A DNA stretch of 64,000 bases from Octopus sinensis (Eukaryota). The notes beneath the pieces were generated by a model that made no database searches, had not been told where the DNA came from, and was given only the letters and a program-made list of their open reading frames with translations. Made by a program: the position numbers and the translations under genes. The DNA lies in contig NC_043017.1 of the NCBI RefSeq assembly GCF_006345805.1, positions 27,838,001 through 27,902,000 of the forward strand, in the 5' to 3' direction. The stretch's first letter is position 1. Every line of letters starts with the position of its first letter. Of the stretch, positions 1-13,259 are shown piece by piece.

Positions 1-360
1 CGATTACTGCTAGTATTCTATAAAACTTCTTCACTGCCAAGTTTGCTTTGCCGTGTGGTAAATGTTCTGCTTTGTTATAAATACAATGGTTCGAGCGCAG
101 AGTTTCGTTGCGATGTCCTTGACATGGCGGGTCCATGTAAATTCTATGAGCAACATCTGTTTTGTACAGATGTCTTTCGTTATTCTGATTTCCTGTTTGT
201 CCCTCCTCAACTGTTTAGCAACTTTGTTTAACCTCTCGATAAAAGTGACGGAAATCGTATATACAAGACTTCAGAAGCAGTGAGTACTGGGGTCGATTAC
301 TACGACTAAGCCCTCCAATCCGATGTCTAACCGTGGTTGCAGTCTAATGACTAAAGCATG

Positions 361-420
<60 letters not shown>

Positions 421-520
421 TAATTGTGTGTGGGTGTGCAGGTGTTTGTGAGAGAGATTGATAGATAGATAGATATCAATATATATATATTATATATATA
501 TATATGTATATATATAGGTG

Positions 521-684
521 CAGGAATGGCTGTGTGGTAAGTAGCTTGCTTACCTGGGTTCAGTCCCACTGCGTGGCATCTTGGACAACTGTCTTCTACT
601 ATAGCCTCGGGCGGACCAAAGCCTTGTGAGTGGATTTGGCAGACGGAAACTGAAAGCAGCCAGTCGCATATATGTATATATATG

Positions 685-729
<45 letters not shown>

Positions 730-804
730 GTATATATATGTATAATATACATATATGTATATATATGTATATATATACATATTATATATATATGTATATA
801 TATG

Positions 805-837
<33 letters not shown>

Positions 838-1746
838 GTATATACATATATATATACATATATATATATATATATGTATGTATATGTATATGTATATGTA
901 TATATATATATATAATATATATAATATATATATGTATAAATGTATATATATATGTATATATATTCATATATCTATACATACATATCTATTTATATATATA
1001 TATATATGTATATATATGTATATATGTATATATGTATATATGTTATATATGTATATATATGTATGTATATATATATATATATGTATATATATGTATATAT
1101 ATGTCTATATATGTATATATGTATATATATGTATATATGTATATATATGTATATATGTATAATGTATGTATATATGTATATATATGTATAATATATATAT
1201 ATGTATATATGTGTATATATGTATATATATGTATATATATTATATATATATATATATGTATATATATATTTATATGTATATATATATTTATATGTATATA
1301 TATATTTATATGTATATATATGTATATATATATTTATATGTATATAATATGTATATATATGTATTATATAATTTATGGTATATATCGTATAATATATTTA
1401 TATGTATATATATTAATATATATTTATATGTATATATATGTATATATATATTTATATGTATATATATGTATATATATGTATATATATGTATATATATTTA
1501 ATATGTATAATATTATAATATGTATATATATATTTATATGTATATATATGTATATATATATTTATATGTATATATATGTATATATATATTTATATGTATA
1601 TATATGTATATATATATTTATATGTATATATATGTATATATATGTATATATATGTATATATATGTATATATATGTATATATGTGTGTGTGTGTATATGTT
1701 CATGTGTCTGTGTTTGTCCCCCCCCCCAACATCGCTTGACATCCGA
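521..1746 (+). mobile_element. SINE-A (tRNA-derived head, internal microsatellite), 3'-truncated, with about 1 kb internal TA/TG expansion
   Basis: Head TGGCTGTGTGGTAAG (box A-like) and GGTTCAGTCCC (box B-like), conserved body to 666, simple repeat 667-1703, then the gtgtctgtgtttgtcccc 3' segment resumes. Confidence 0.9.
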
Positions 1747-2052
1747 TCAAGTCACGACAATTGCATTTCATAATGTGGACTACATCGTCTCAGATTTATG
1801 TGCTTCGATTTGTCCAATGTCACGATGGTGATTAAGGGATATATAACAGTGATGTTTAGCATTTCATCATAAATATAGAGATTTCAAAATTCTCTCGCTG
1901 TTTTACGCGTAAACTAAGCTGTGGATATATACGTTTTACATTTATAAATAATAAAAGTGTGATATACATGTGTGTGTGTGTATGTATATATATATATATA
2001 TATATACATGTCCATGTATCCATCGTTCAATTTATCTATATATCTCCCTGTG

Positions 2053-2094
<42 letters not shown>

Positions 2095-3170
2095 TATATA
2101 TATATATATGTATATATGTGTGTGTGTGTGTATCTATTTATATATAAATTTTTTCTGTGTCCTATGAAGATTAGCGTTTACCCTATCGTGATAGATATCA
2201 TCAATTTGCGTTAAAAATGAATTGTTACTTACGCCTAAATCGATTAAAAACTAGACATGGTTTCATTTTCGTTTCATTTACAATTACCATTTTGCAACCG
2301 TGCGTCAGTCCAAGTTATCTAAATGTACGTGAAAAGCTCAGGTAAAAATGTAAAGGCGTATAAATGATAGGAAACGAAATGTGCCTTCATCTGTATGCGT
2401 TCCATATTTTATAATTCCCGTTTTATAATCCCTTCATTAAGTAAAACACGAAGGGAGAGAAAGGGTAGGTAAGTTAACAGCGTAGGTAAGTTAACATCTT
2501 GGATGCCCTAATTGTGTACCTTTCTGTTATGAGTTCAAATCTGACTTTGACATTTTTCCTGTTATGCCCAGAGTGCCTAATTAGCTGTCAAGAATAGGCG
2601 TCGCTCAGTATTAAATATGCAAGTGGCAAACACAGAAGTCAGCATTTCAAAATATATCCCGGTCTTTCGCCATTATTTATATACAAACTCCTCTCTTCCG
2701 TTTTGCGATTACACGTCGTTCGTGTCAATAATTATGATGGCAACAGCAAGAATATAAAACAATAATAATATTATTATTATTAATAATAATAATAATAATT
2801 GAAAATTTGGTCTTCAATGATACGTCAAAACTTTGCGGGAGAAATGACATTCAACCGATAATAAAGACAACGGGAAACAAGTATTATTTATTTCACAAAA
2901 GAAAGAAGAATGGATGACACATAACGCAAAGGAACAGACGCAAATCATACCAAAGGTGGTATATGATTGAAGGATTCATTAATTTTGCGTTATATTTAGA
3001 GCTCATATACTGTCAAAATTCAGTTTTCTCTTATCATTGTGGGGTCAATAGTAGCTAATTGTTTGCCTCGGTGACATTTTGTGTGTCTTCCACCAGTTCA
3101 TTAAAGAAGAATATGATAAATGTACATTGATGCACCTATATTCATTCGTATGGTGCGTAGCAGTTTCAAT

Positions 3171-3349
3171 AGGCGCAGGAGTGGCTGTGTCGTAAGTGGC
3201 TTGCTTACCAACCACATGGTTCCGGGTTCAGTCCCACTGCATGGTATCTTGGGCGAGTGTCTTCTGCTATAGCCCCGGTCCGACCAATGGTTTGTGAGTG
3301 GATTTGGTAGACGGAAACTGAAAGAAGCCTGTCGTATATATATATATAT

Positions 3350-3404
<55 letters not shown>

Positions 3405-3631
3405 GTGTATGTGTATATATGTTTGTGTGTCTGTGTTTGTATCCCTAGCATTGCTTGACAACCGATGCTGGTGTGTTTACGTCCCCGTCACCTAGCGGTT
3501 CGGCAAAAGAGACCAATAGAATAAGTACTGCGCTTACAAAAGAATAAGTCCCGGGGTCGATTTGCTTGACTAAAGGCGGTGCTCCAGCATGGCTGCAGTC
3601 AAATGACTGAAACAAGTAAAAGAGAGTAAGA
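3171..3631 (+). mobile_element. SINE-A, full length
   Basis: aggcgcaggagtggctgtg head, (TA)/(TG) core, 3' end ggcggtgctccagcatggctgcagtcaaatgactgaaacaagtaaaagag. Confidence 0.92.
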
Positions 3632-3985
3632 GTATGTCTTGAAGTATGACGGCCCATGCAAAAATACAGACGAAAGGAAAATATTGCAGTAAGCTTCCGA
3701 TAAGAAAAAGGAAAATCTGCTTTGCTGGACAATGTCCGAGAAGTAAAGAGACATTTTGAAAAACTCTGTTTGCAGTCACATCGGTAAAAAGTTCTACAGA
3801 TGACCATGGATGTTTAGGAAAGGAGTCACCAATTCATCGAATATACAAACAGGTGTAGAGCTACAGTCATGCGAATTCGAGAAAATATGATGGTGCGGAC
3901 GATGATGGAGATGAGGACTACGTTGGTGATAATGATTACGATGGCGGTTATTGTGATAAGGATATAGTTACCGGTTATCAAATTA

Positions 3986-4110
3986 GAAGTGGCTGTGTGG
4001 TAAGTAGCTTACTTATCAACCACATGGTTCTGGGTGAAGTCCCACTGCGTGGCAAATTGGGCAACTGTCTTCTACTATAACCTCGGGGCCGACCAAAGAC
4101 TTGTGAGCGG

Positions 4111-4144
<34 letters not shown>

Positions 4145-4443
4145 GTGTGTGTGAATCTGTGTTTGTCTCCCACCCGCAACATCGGTTTCCAAGCGATAGT
4201 GTGGTACAAACACAAGCACAGACACAAACACATACACACACACAAACACACACACTCACAAACACATACACGCACATATACGACAGGCTTCTTTCAGTCA
4301 GTTTCCGTCTATGAAATCCACTCACAATCACTCTGTCGATCCGAGGCTATAATAGAAGACATTTGACCGAGGTGCCTAGCAGTGGGACTGAACCCGTAAC
4401 CATGTGGTTGGTAAGCAAGCTACTTACCACATAGCCACTCCTG
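3986..4443. mobile_element. Two convergent partial SINE-A copies (+ 3986-4205, - 4240-4443)
   Basis: Both heads are recognisable and in opposite orientation. Confidence 0.85.
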
Positions 4444-6133
4444 TGTTTCAATCTTCGAGGTCTATAAAAAACAAGTACCAGTCGAGCACTAAATTCGATA
4501 CTAAAGTATCTTTCCCACAAAAATCTATTTGCCATTTTCAAATATTTCAAACGAATATGATTCTGTGTTTGGACCATGTCAGAGGAACTTTAAAGAAAAA
4601 GATTAATTCTTTAACTAAGAAGAATGCAACTCGAATTTGTGAAACATTTTGTTTAAGTCGTAGCAGGAGGTAAAAAAATGAGAAAGGAAGGACATTTGCG
4701 AGAAAGCATTACATCGACAAAACTTTAGGTAAACATCAATTTATTGTTTGTACAAAAATATATAGGAAGATCTGCGAGTCAATCTCACTAAAATGCAGGG
4801 AATACCCATTCACTGTTTGTGTATGCAGAAAGAAGGAAGTAGCACTACGTTGTGTTTCAAAGCAGAACATTTTGTAATAAAGTATTATGCATTTACAAAG
4901 CATATTAGAACTAAAACGACGGTCAAAGCACTTTCGAATGTAAGAAAACTGGAAACGTCTAAGTTACTAGATCTGAAATGTAACCCAATAAATCCTAGTA
5001 GGCTGTGAAGATGACGACAAGAGAAAGCTACACAGATGCTGCATCCAAATCCTCGACACACAATTGATATGTATATATAATTATCTATCTGTATATATGC
5101 ACACAAACACACACATATATTCATATATACACATATGTATATATATATATACATATATCACATACATATATGCACATAAATGTATATATATATATATATA
5201 TCTATACAGACACACTTATATATGTATATACATACATACATATTATGTTTATGTATATGTGTGTGTGTGTAAATACAGAGAAAGAGAGAGCGACAGAAAG
5301 TGAGAGCCGCTTTCATAAATGAGATGCTATCAGCTTGAGTCAATTTCTGTCATCTGTTGATTAAAAATAAAATATATATATATATATACACTCATGTTTT
5401 TCACAAGACGAAAATACAGACACCCATACAGAAGACGCACACACATATACATAAAATGCTTATATATGAATGTATGTATTTGCACATGACCGAGTGTATG
5501 TGTGAATGTGTGTGGAGTGTGTATGAATTCTTTGTGTTTGCATACTGACATATACACTGTCAGCTGTCTTAGACAGAAGAAAAAAATATCTTTTATTTCG
5601 ACATAACTGCATATATCCTATGCACGTTTCAAGTCACAATCTTCTGTCGTGACCTCACGTTTGTTTTTGTTCCAGAGGCCATTTTTAAATAGATACCACT
5701 TTCGTTGCAAATTCTCTGTAGGTGAAGGAGGAATTTTCACGTGTACATATGTTTTGGTTTCCATTATATTTTCCCTTTTTAACATATTTATTATGTTTCT
5801 TGTGCTAATTTTTTCAATACATTTTTTGCTTCTTTTTTAACCAGTCGTTATGTATCAACGGAATAGACCACGGAGGAACATCACGTTTCATCCAATTTGT
5901 AGTCAAAATTTTTGAAATATATAAAAAACATATAAAATGTTATACGGTACATCTTCCCGATTCAAGTGCATTCAAATATGGTTTTCTGTACGTCTCAATA
6001 TACATATTTACATGTGTAGACATACATATAACGTATACATGTATGTATATATGTATGTATGTATGTATGCATGTATATGTGTGAGTGCGTTTGTGTGTGT
6101 CTATGCACACGTGTCTGTGAATTGTGATATATA

Positions 6134-6360
6134 TTTCTTTACTACACACAAGGGGATAAACAGAGGGGACAAACAAGGACAGACAAAATGAATTAGTCGA
6201 TTACATCGACCCCAGTGCTTAACTGGTACTTAATTTATCGACCCCGAAAGGATGAAAGGCAAAGTCGATCTCAGCGGAATTTGAACTCAGAACGTAACGG
6301 CAGACGAAATACGGCTTCGCATTTCGCCCGTCGTGCTACCGTTTCTGCCAGTTCGCCGCC
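6134..6360 (-). mobile_element. SINE-B (tRNA-like head, gtcgactttgcctttcatcctttcggggtcgat core), full length
   Basis: Minus strand starts ggcggcgaactggcagaaacgg, has box B-like GAGTTCAAATTCC, the core, and the tail ccccttgtgtgtagtaaagaaat. Confidence 0.88.
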
Positions 6361-6381
6361 GTCCATATATATGTATGTGCA

Positions 6382-6457
<76 letters not shown>

Positions 6458-6562
6458 CCATGTATCCATCGTTCAATTTATCTATATATCCCTTGGTGTA
6501 TATATTTATATATATATATATATATATATATGCAACGATATAAATACATATATACATACATG

Positions 6563-6600
<38 letters not shown>

Positions 6601-7084
6601 ACGATATAAATACATATATACATACATGCAAATATATATATATAACGATATAAATACATACATGCAAATATATATACATACATACATACATACATACATG
6701 TGTGTGTGTGTATCGAACTCCAATTTGGATAAACTAATGTACTTCAGCGGTATAATCCATCATGAAGAGAAGAAACGAAAATATTCAAAAAATAATGCAT
6801 TAATTAAATAGCACAACAATATTTTATATCCTAAAACCGATTTTACCAACATCCACTTAAGGCTTCTAATATTAATTCTACATTTCAAACTAATGTATGT
6901 CTCTCTATATACAAAGTTAATTACATATATTTTAAAATTCATCTCTAATTATATTCTGAGTTTATTAAGAGAAATTGACGTGACATTTTCTCTAAATTGT
7001 AGATAAGGAAATGTATTTTTTTTTGTTTATTTGTTAGTTTTATACTCGCACTATTTTTTCAAATGTAATTATTATTTTTATTTA

Positions 7085-7377
7085 TTATTATACTTATCAT
7101 CCTCATATTCATCAACAACTTCCTCCTCCTCCTCCTCACCATCATCATCATCGTCATTATCATATCATCATCATTCTCATCGTCATCACCATCACCAACG
7201 TCGTCATCATCACCATTATCATTTTTATTGTCAATCATATTAATAATAATAATGATGATCAAAACAATAACAACAACAATTAGAAGAATAACAATAATAA
7301 TAATAAATGATATTAATGATAATAATAGTAGTAGTAGTAGAAGTAGTAGTAGTTGCAGCAGTAGTAATAATAATAAC

Positions 7378-7408
<31 letters not shown>

Positions 7409-7600
7409 GTAATACATATTATTATTATTAATATTATTATTATCATTATCATTAGTATTATCATTATTATTATTATTATCATTAGTATTATTATTATCAT
7501 TTGTATTATCATTAGTATTATCATTATTATTATTATCATCATTAGTATTATCATTATTATCATTATCATTATTATTATCATTAATATTATTTTAGTTATT
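7085..7600. repeat. Compound trinucleotide repeat (CAT)/(AAT)/(AGT)/(TAT)
   Basis: Successive triplet tracts; poly-H/S/I/N ORFs are artefacts. Confidence 0.95.
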
Positions 7601-8239
7601 CATATACTTGTTTTTTGTCAATAATATGGATTTTGATGTTGCTATCATTATTTAAATTATTTCAATTTCTCGTGTTTTTTTAAATTTCGTTTTCTGTTAT
7701 TTATCCTTTTTATTTCTTATAATTCTTAATCACGTCAATGTAGACGTTCCCAGACAAATCCCTAAACGAAACGATACAGTCGTTCTGTCTTTGCTCTGAA
7801 TTACTCTTAATTGAATATATATTACTGGTGTCTGCCAGAATGTCTCAGCAGGTGAATACATTTATACTTAAAATATCGAAATTTAAATTAGCAGCTTTCA
7901 TCAACACTCCTTTTCTCTTAATCCTTGTAGCAACTTGTTTATTTTCTATAAATGCATGTATAAATGTATATGTTTAATATATATATATACGATCATACAC
8001 GCATACGTACGTGCGTACAAACGTATAAACATTTTGAAAGACGAGTAAATATGCGGGAACTTAAATAGATAGCGGTATATTACTACATCTGTCTGCTTAT
8101 GTGGGTGTGGATGTACACGAAAAATTATTTAATAATAAAACTTTCGAAATATTCTTTGAAAAATATTCTACAGACTCATTTGATGATAGAAATAGGAATT
8201 TTGTCAGTTCGCGTTATATATATATATAATATTATAAAA

Positions 8240-8480
8240 TATGAATTAGAGATAAAACCACTATTATGCAAATCACACAGTGATAGACATAAACCAATAC
8301 ATAAATATATTGTATATTATTTGCTATTTACGTATTGGTTTCTGTCTTATCACTGTTTGAGTTGCATAATAGTGGTTTTATCTCTAATTCATAGGTTATA
8401 TATGTATACTGTGAAATTTGATTTAATTCTGAATTGAATTTTTCCCTGTAAGTTTGGAGCTATACTCCCTAATATTATTA
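8240..8480. repeat. Palindromic repeat element (61/62-bp arms, 31-nt loop) with conserved right flank
   Basis: 8240-8300 pairs with 8332-8393 (3 mismatches, 1 indel). The right flank ttttccctgtaagtttgga..tccctaatattat recurs at 56860-56890 and 57125-57160. Confidence 0.85.
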
Positions 8481-9558
8481 TATATAATATTATATATAAT
8501 ATACATATGTAAATATGTATATACATGTATATACATATATATTTTTTTTCTGAGGTCGACTTTGCCTTTCATCCTTTCGGGGTTGATAAATTAAGTACCA
8601 GTTACGCACTGGGGTCGATGTAATCGACTTAATCCGTTTGTCTGTCCTTGTTTATCCCCTTGTGGGTTGTAAAGAAATAAATATATATATATATATTTAT
8701 ATAATATATCTATATGTATATATATATATATATGGGTCTGTGTGTTTATTATAAGTTGTGAATTCAGAGAGCCTTGAGAGTATCAAAGAAAGCCGCTCAG
8801 TGATTCAATACAGGGACATATAACCTAGTGTCTTCATGCATTTCAAATCTAGAAGATCCGATTGTTAAAACTATTTTACGAGTAGTACATGCTCTATAAA
8901 AGTCGGAAATTATGAGGTGTGAACATACATGTATATATAAATTTACATGTACAAATAAATTTAGTGTAACACATGTGCAATACACATTGTGGATTAACTT
9001 CACTGAATAGGGTTTGTCAAAGGAATTCGTACATATATTCTCATAGTAGCGTACTCAAAACTGTTAACATATATCCACAAGATTATTAAACAACAATGCG
9101 TTTTCAATACAGAGGATATAGGTCGGTTTCAGAGCTACCACCGGATGGCTAGTGGTGAATACGTTGGTTATATTTCAATATGTCGTAGATATCATCGATG
9201 CGTATGTTTTCTATGGTTGAATATGCAAAATAAATGTGTATGTGTGTGTTTTGTGTGTATGCAATTATGTACCTTCATATATACATGTAGATATGTGTAT
9301 GTCTGTCTGTGAATATGTAAAAGTGTGTTTATATATATATATATATATATAATATATATATATATAATATATATATATATTCGCGAGCATGTGTATAGCT
9401 GTATAATTTAAGTATGTTTCTATGTTCATACACGCAAATATATGTATATACGCATATATAAGTATATATATTTAATAGATACCTTGCAAGACAATACATC
9501 TTAGTGTACGCAGTATATCTTATACATCTTGTACGGTATACATCCATCCATCCAAACA

Positions 9559-9600
<42 letters not shown>

Positions 9601-9666
9601 TACTCTATATTGTTTTGACTTCTACACGTTTTTCATACAGATTACTTTGTTTGAATGTGTTGTATG

Positions 9667-9698
<32 letters not shown>

Positions 9699-10506
9699 TG
9701 TATGTATGTGTATATATATATATATATGTATCTATACATATATATGTATATATTATACACACACACATATATACAAATATATATATATATTCACAATGGA
9801 AAATATGTAAACACCTATAAGGCTCCAAGGTAAATGAGTGAATGCAACACATCTTAGAATAAGTTTCAAAGGAAAGCATAATCTTTGTAACTGAGATATA
9901 TATCCTTAGATAAAAGTAGAAATGAAAATCTGCGCCAAAATTTTCGGAGATAAAAGCACAGGTGAAATATGTTCACATGAAAAAGCCGATGAAGACAAAA
10001 AGCTTTTTGATCGATATACACCCATACACACACCTGTATACGTGTATGTATGCCTGCATGTATGTATGTATGTAGTATGTATGTAGTATGTATGTATGTA
10101 TGTATGTATGTACGTATGTATCCATTTCCTTCCCTTTCAACAAAAAGTTTTCGCATAATAAAAAAGAAAATACATAGAAATACAAAGGTGTTGAACTATA
10201 AATCAAATGGATAGAATATGTGAGTAGTCCATTATCTTCAACAGAAAAGAAATTAATGTCCCAAGAGAGTATATATATATATATATCTGTAGACGATGCA
10301 GTCCATGAAGAGCTCAGTGGATTGTGTACACACGAATTAGTCATAAACCGCGAAAGTTACGAATCCGCAGTGATAAAGGAATTAAAGTTGCCTTCATATT
10401 CGTACGTGTAATGATTGTATATGTTGCTGTTGTTGTTTATCCTAAAGGTACCTATGTTGGTGGTGACCTATGATCAAAGACATTAGAGTAGAGAATACCC
10501 TATAAA

Positions 10507-11013
10507 CACTCCCTCCTCGACTTACAACTAAGTTCCATTCCGACTGATAGGTCGTAAGCTGATCTGGTCATTTATCAGATTTATATTTTTCAACGCTATT
10601 TTTATTCGAACGGGTTATAAACAAATAAGTCACAAAAATTTAATCCACAATTATTGTACATAATTTGATAAATACATAATATGTACTTTATTGTATTGTA
10701 AACAAAAATACAATCTAAAATGAATGTAAAAATACAAATGAAATTCGGCATACATGCAATAGAAAAAAAAATTGTTCCCGTGAAGAAAGAGCAAACGAAA
10801 ATAAATTGTCATGTTCTTCAGTTGAGGCAGATGGTATAACGAGGAACATGGTGAATTTGTTTAAATAGTTTTTTCTTTTACCTTCATATATCCTGCGATA
10901 ACTACGCACAGCATCTTGAAACATACATTTAATTTTTGCAAACCGTTCGACTTTCTGTGATCGTAAGTGCGGATCGACAAAAGTCACATAGGTCGTAAAT
11001 CGAGGAGAAGGTG
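10507..11013 (-). mobile_element. Tigger/pogo-like non-autonomous DNA transposon (about 510 bp deletion derivative)
   Basis: Imperfect 22-bp TIRs: CACTCCCTCCTCGACTTACAAC at 10507 versus reverse complement of GTCGTAAATCGAGGAGAAGGTG ending at 11013, with TA on the right flank. Internal minus-strand peptide VERFAKIKCMFQDAVRSYRRIYEGKRK resembles the Tigger transposase C-terminus. Confidence 0.7.
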
Positions 11014-11599
11014 TATTTGAGTAGCAGCCCTTCTGACAGCCAGACATCTGGCAGTAAATTTGCATAGTATGATCTTAGCGATATTTGGCCGCTGTTTCTC
11101 GCTGTTGGAATGGCGTCGTAGAGTGAATGCCTTTGGTCGGATGAATGTAACTGTATCAGTCGGTTCTAGTAGGGAAGATATTAATGTTGTTTTTGTGGCT
11201 GCCGTCAAGCGTTCACATATCAAACCCGATAGAAACATTTGAACTTTGATCATCCCCTGTATGATAGCCTTGCAGCATCGTATTCTGATATATTTTCCTA
11301 GAATATTATTGCTAACATGCAAATGTACTTAATAATGTACGTGAATACACATTATTATACCGAAAGCAAGCTCATTTGAATCGTTATAATCCATATTATG
11401 TTCGATTGTTATAACGCCCACTTTGGTATGCAGTATTCTTAGTAAAACTAGTAAAGATACGAGTATCTCGGACCGCCTACTACCTACTTCATGTACTTCT
11501 TTTTACTTATAGTAACAAGGTTTTTCCATTCTTCCCGTGGGTGGAGTATTCCATTATTAATAATTACCTAAATCTCCCCTTTTAAGTTTTTCTAAGGAA

Positions 11600-12330
11600 G
11601 TTTCATTTTATTCAGCAATATTTTTTTTATTCACCGCACCTCCCTTTTTTGAGGTATTTTTTTTCTTTTTTGTACAATTTAATATCTTTTGAGCTTGGAA
11701 TCTATTTTCTGGAACTCTGCGTGTTTTCTTTTCCTCTCAATTTACGCCTGAGTTCTATCCCCTTCAGTGATATTTGCAATTGGGACGTATCATACCCCCA
11801 TTCCATCGGTTCCTCCAACATTTTTGGTTCGCTTTCCACAAATCTCTTTTTCAGTTGGTTTCTGTGTCCCTTTTATATGCTTTTCCACTTTATATGCTTT
11901 CCATTCTTGTATTCCCTCATAAACACCTTTTCGTCAATTTTAAAGAATCTGGCTATATCTTCCCTGGCACTGTTTTTTTTACTTGCGAAGTAGCAATTGA
12001 TCAAAGACTGATTTTACTTTCCTTGCAAACAACAGCTCTGCTTTTGAGCTACCTGCTGGTGTATTCGGATTTAGTGACACACGGTACACTTTTAAACAAA
12101 GCTACTTCATCCGTGACTTCACTCTTAGATTTTCTAAAGTCTCTCTTGAAGGTATCGGCAGCACCTTCTACCTGTCCTTTAGATCTAGGATGGTATGGCG
12201 CAGTAGTTATATGTTCTGCCAGGAACATTTCACAAATTTTAAAAATTCACAAGACACAAATTGCGTCCCTTTGTCAGACAAACCATCTTATGTGTGATGC
12301 CAATTCTTGCAAATAATTAGTGTAAAAAAT
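11600..12330 (-). mobile_element. Decayed Ty3/Gypsy LTR retrotransposon integrase C-terminal half
   Basis: Minus strand reads HITTAPYHPRSKGQVE..DTFKR (around 12140-12213), then after a frameshift VYRVSLNPNTPAGSSKAELLFARKVKSVFDQLL. These match the Gypsy integrase HxTTAPYHPxSNGxAER and YRxTP..G.SPAEL motifs. Stops and frameshifts present; no LTRs identified. Confidence 0.85.
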
Positions 12331-12996
12331 TTATTACAGTTGAGGAGATTGTTATTTTACACACTTACATATTTTCTGGCCATTTCGAGAAAACTATCAA
12401 CTACCACTAAGTAGCAAGAACCATTTAAAGGACCAACGAAATCGACCATGGAACATCTACTTTTGAGCAATGTTTAATTTTTATTGTGGTCTGTTTTTCC
12501 TCTCGTTTGACGTACATACAGGTGCTCCACGCCGTTTTACTAAAAAATTTGTTTCAGTCCCTTAGCCGCATTTGAACCTTCGATTGAACCTACAATATTT
12601 CCACATAGAATGCTTATGAGCGTATCCCACAATTTGAATATTTCCATCGACTCTGTGCCAAATAAATAAAGTGAATCTTTTAATACATATATCTTTGCCT
12701 TTTTCGTTTGACCTCGAAATGCTACATAACTGGTATTCTCCGAAAAAATACAATCTTTTACCTGTAACACCATGTGCTACCTTTTCGTGTGGAAAAGTCA
12801 TCGATGAAATCTTCTCATAGGGCTTTAAAAAAAGTAAGCACTAATAAATGCATACAAATGTAATAATATATTTATGCAATGAACGACTGTATAACCAGTT
12901 GGTAACTTATAGCTACAACCATTATTGTACACAAACATATAAACACCAAATATCATTGGGGGTTGAGAATGAATATATAATTATGTAGTTGTGTGT

Positions 12997-13259
12997 GGAG
13001 GCCCGTGGCTTAGTGGTTATGGTGTCAGCATCATGATCGTAAGATAGTGGTTTCGATTCCTGGACCGGGCGACGCGTTGTGTTCTTGAGCAAAACACTTC
13101 ATATCACGTTGCTCCAGTCCACTCAGCTGGCAAAACTGAGTAACGCTGCGATGGACTGTCGTCCCGTCCAACTGGGGAACACGTACGCCATTGAAACGGG
13201 GAAACCGGGCCCATGAGCCTTGCTAGACTTTGAAAGACCGCATTTATTTATTTATTATT
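12997..13259 (+). mobile_element. SINE-C (tRNA-like head, TTA-type tail) with 16-bp target-site duplication
   Basis: TSD ttatgtagttgtgtgt at 12981-12996 and 13260-13275; box A-like TGGCTTAGTGG and box B-like GTTTCGATTCC. An older relative lies at about 33945-34270. Confidence 0.9.

Noticed and set aside
1-283. Open frames at the window start on both strands
   Set aside because: No recognisable protein, no convincing splice sites, and the GTGAGT at 280 belongs to a SINE-B fragment.
351-1831. Long I/Y/C/M-rich ORFs (for example 672-1739, 355 aa) and the many similar ORFs throughout the window, including 59033-60287 and 61656-62303
   Set aside because: Translations of TA/TG microsatellites that lack stops only because of their composition.
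3640-3790. Cys/Lys-rich peptide pieces (RKRKICFAGQCPRSK..KLCLQSH) resembling a piggyBac C-terminal domain
   Set aside because: Cysteine spacing is not preserved across frames, and no TTAA/TIRs or catalytic region were seen.
12997-13075. tRNA-like sequence here and at the heads of SINE-A, -B and -D
   Set aside because: Box A/B-like motifs are present, but no complete cloverleaf could be folded and each is fused to a repeat body; these are SINE heads, not tRNA genes.
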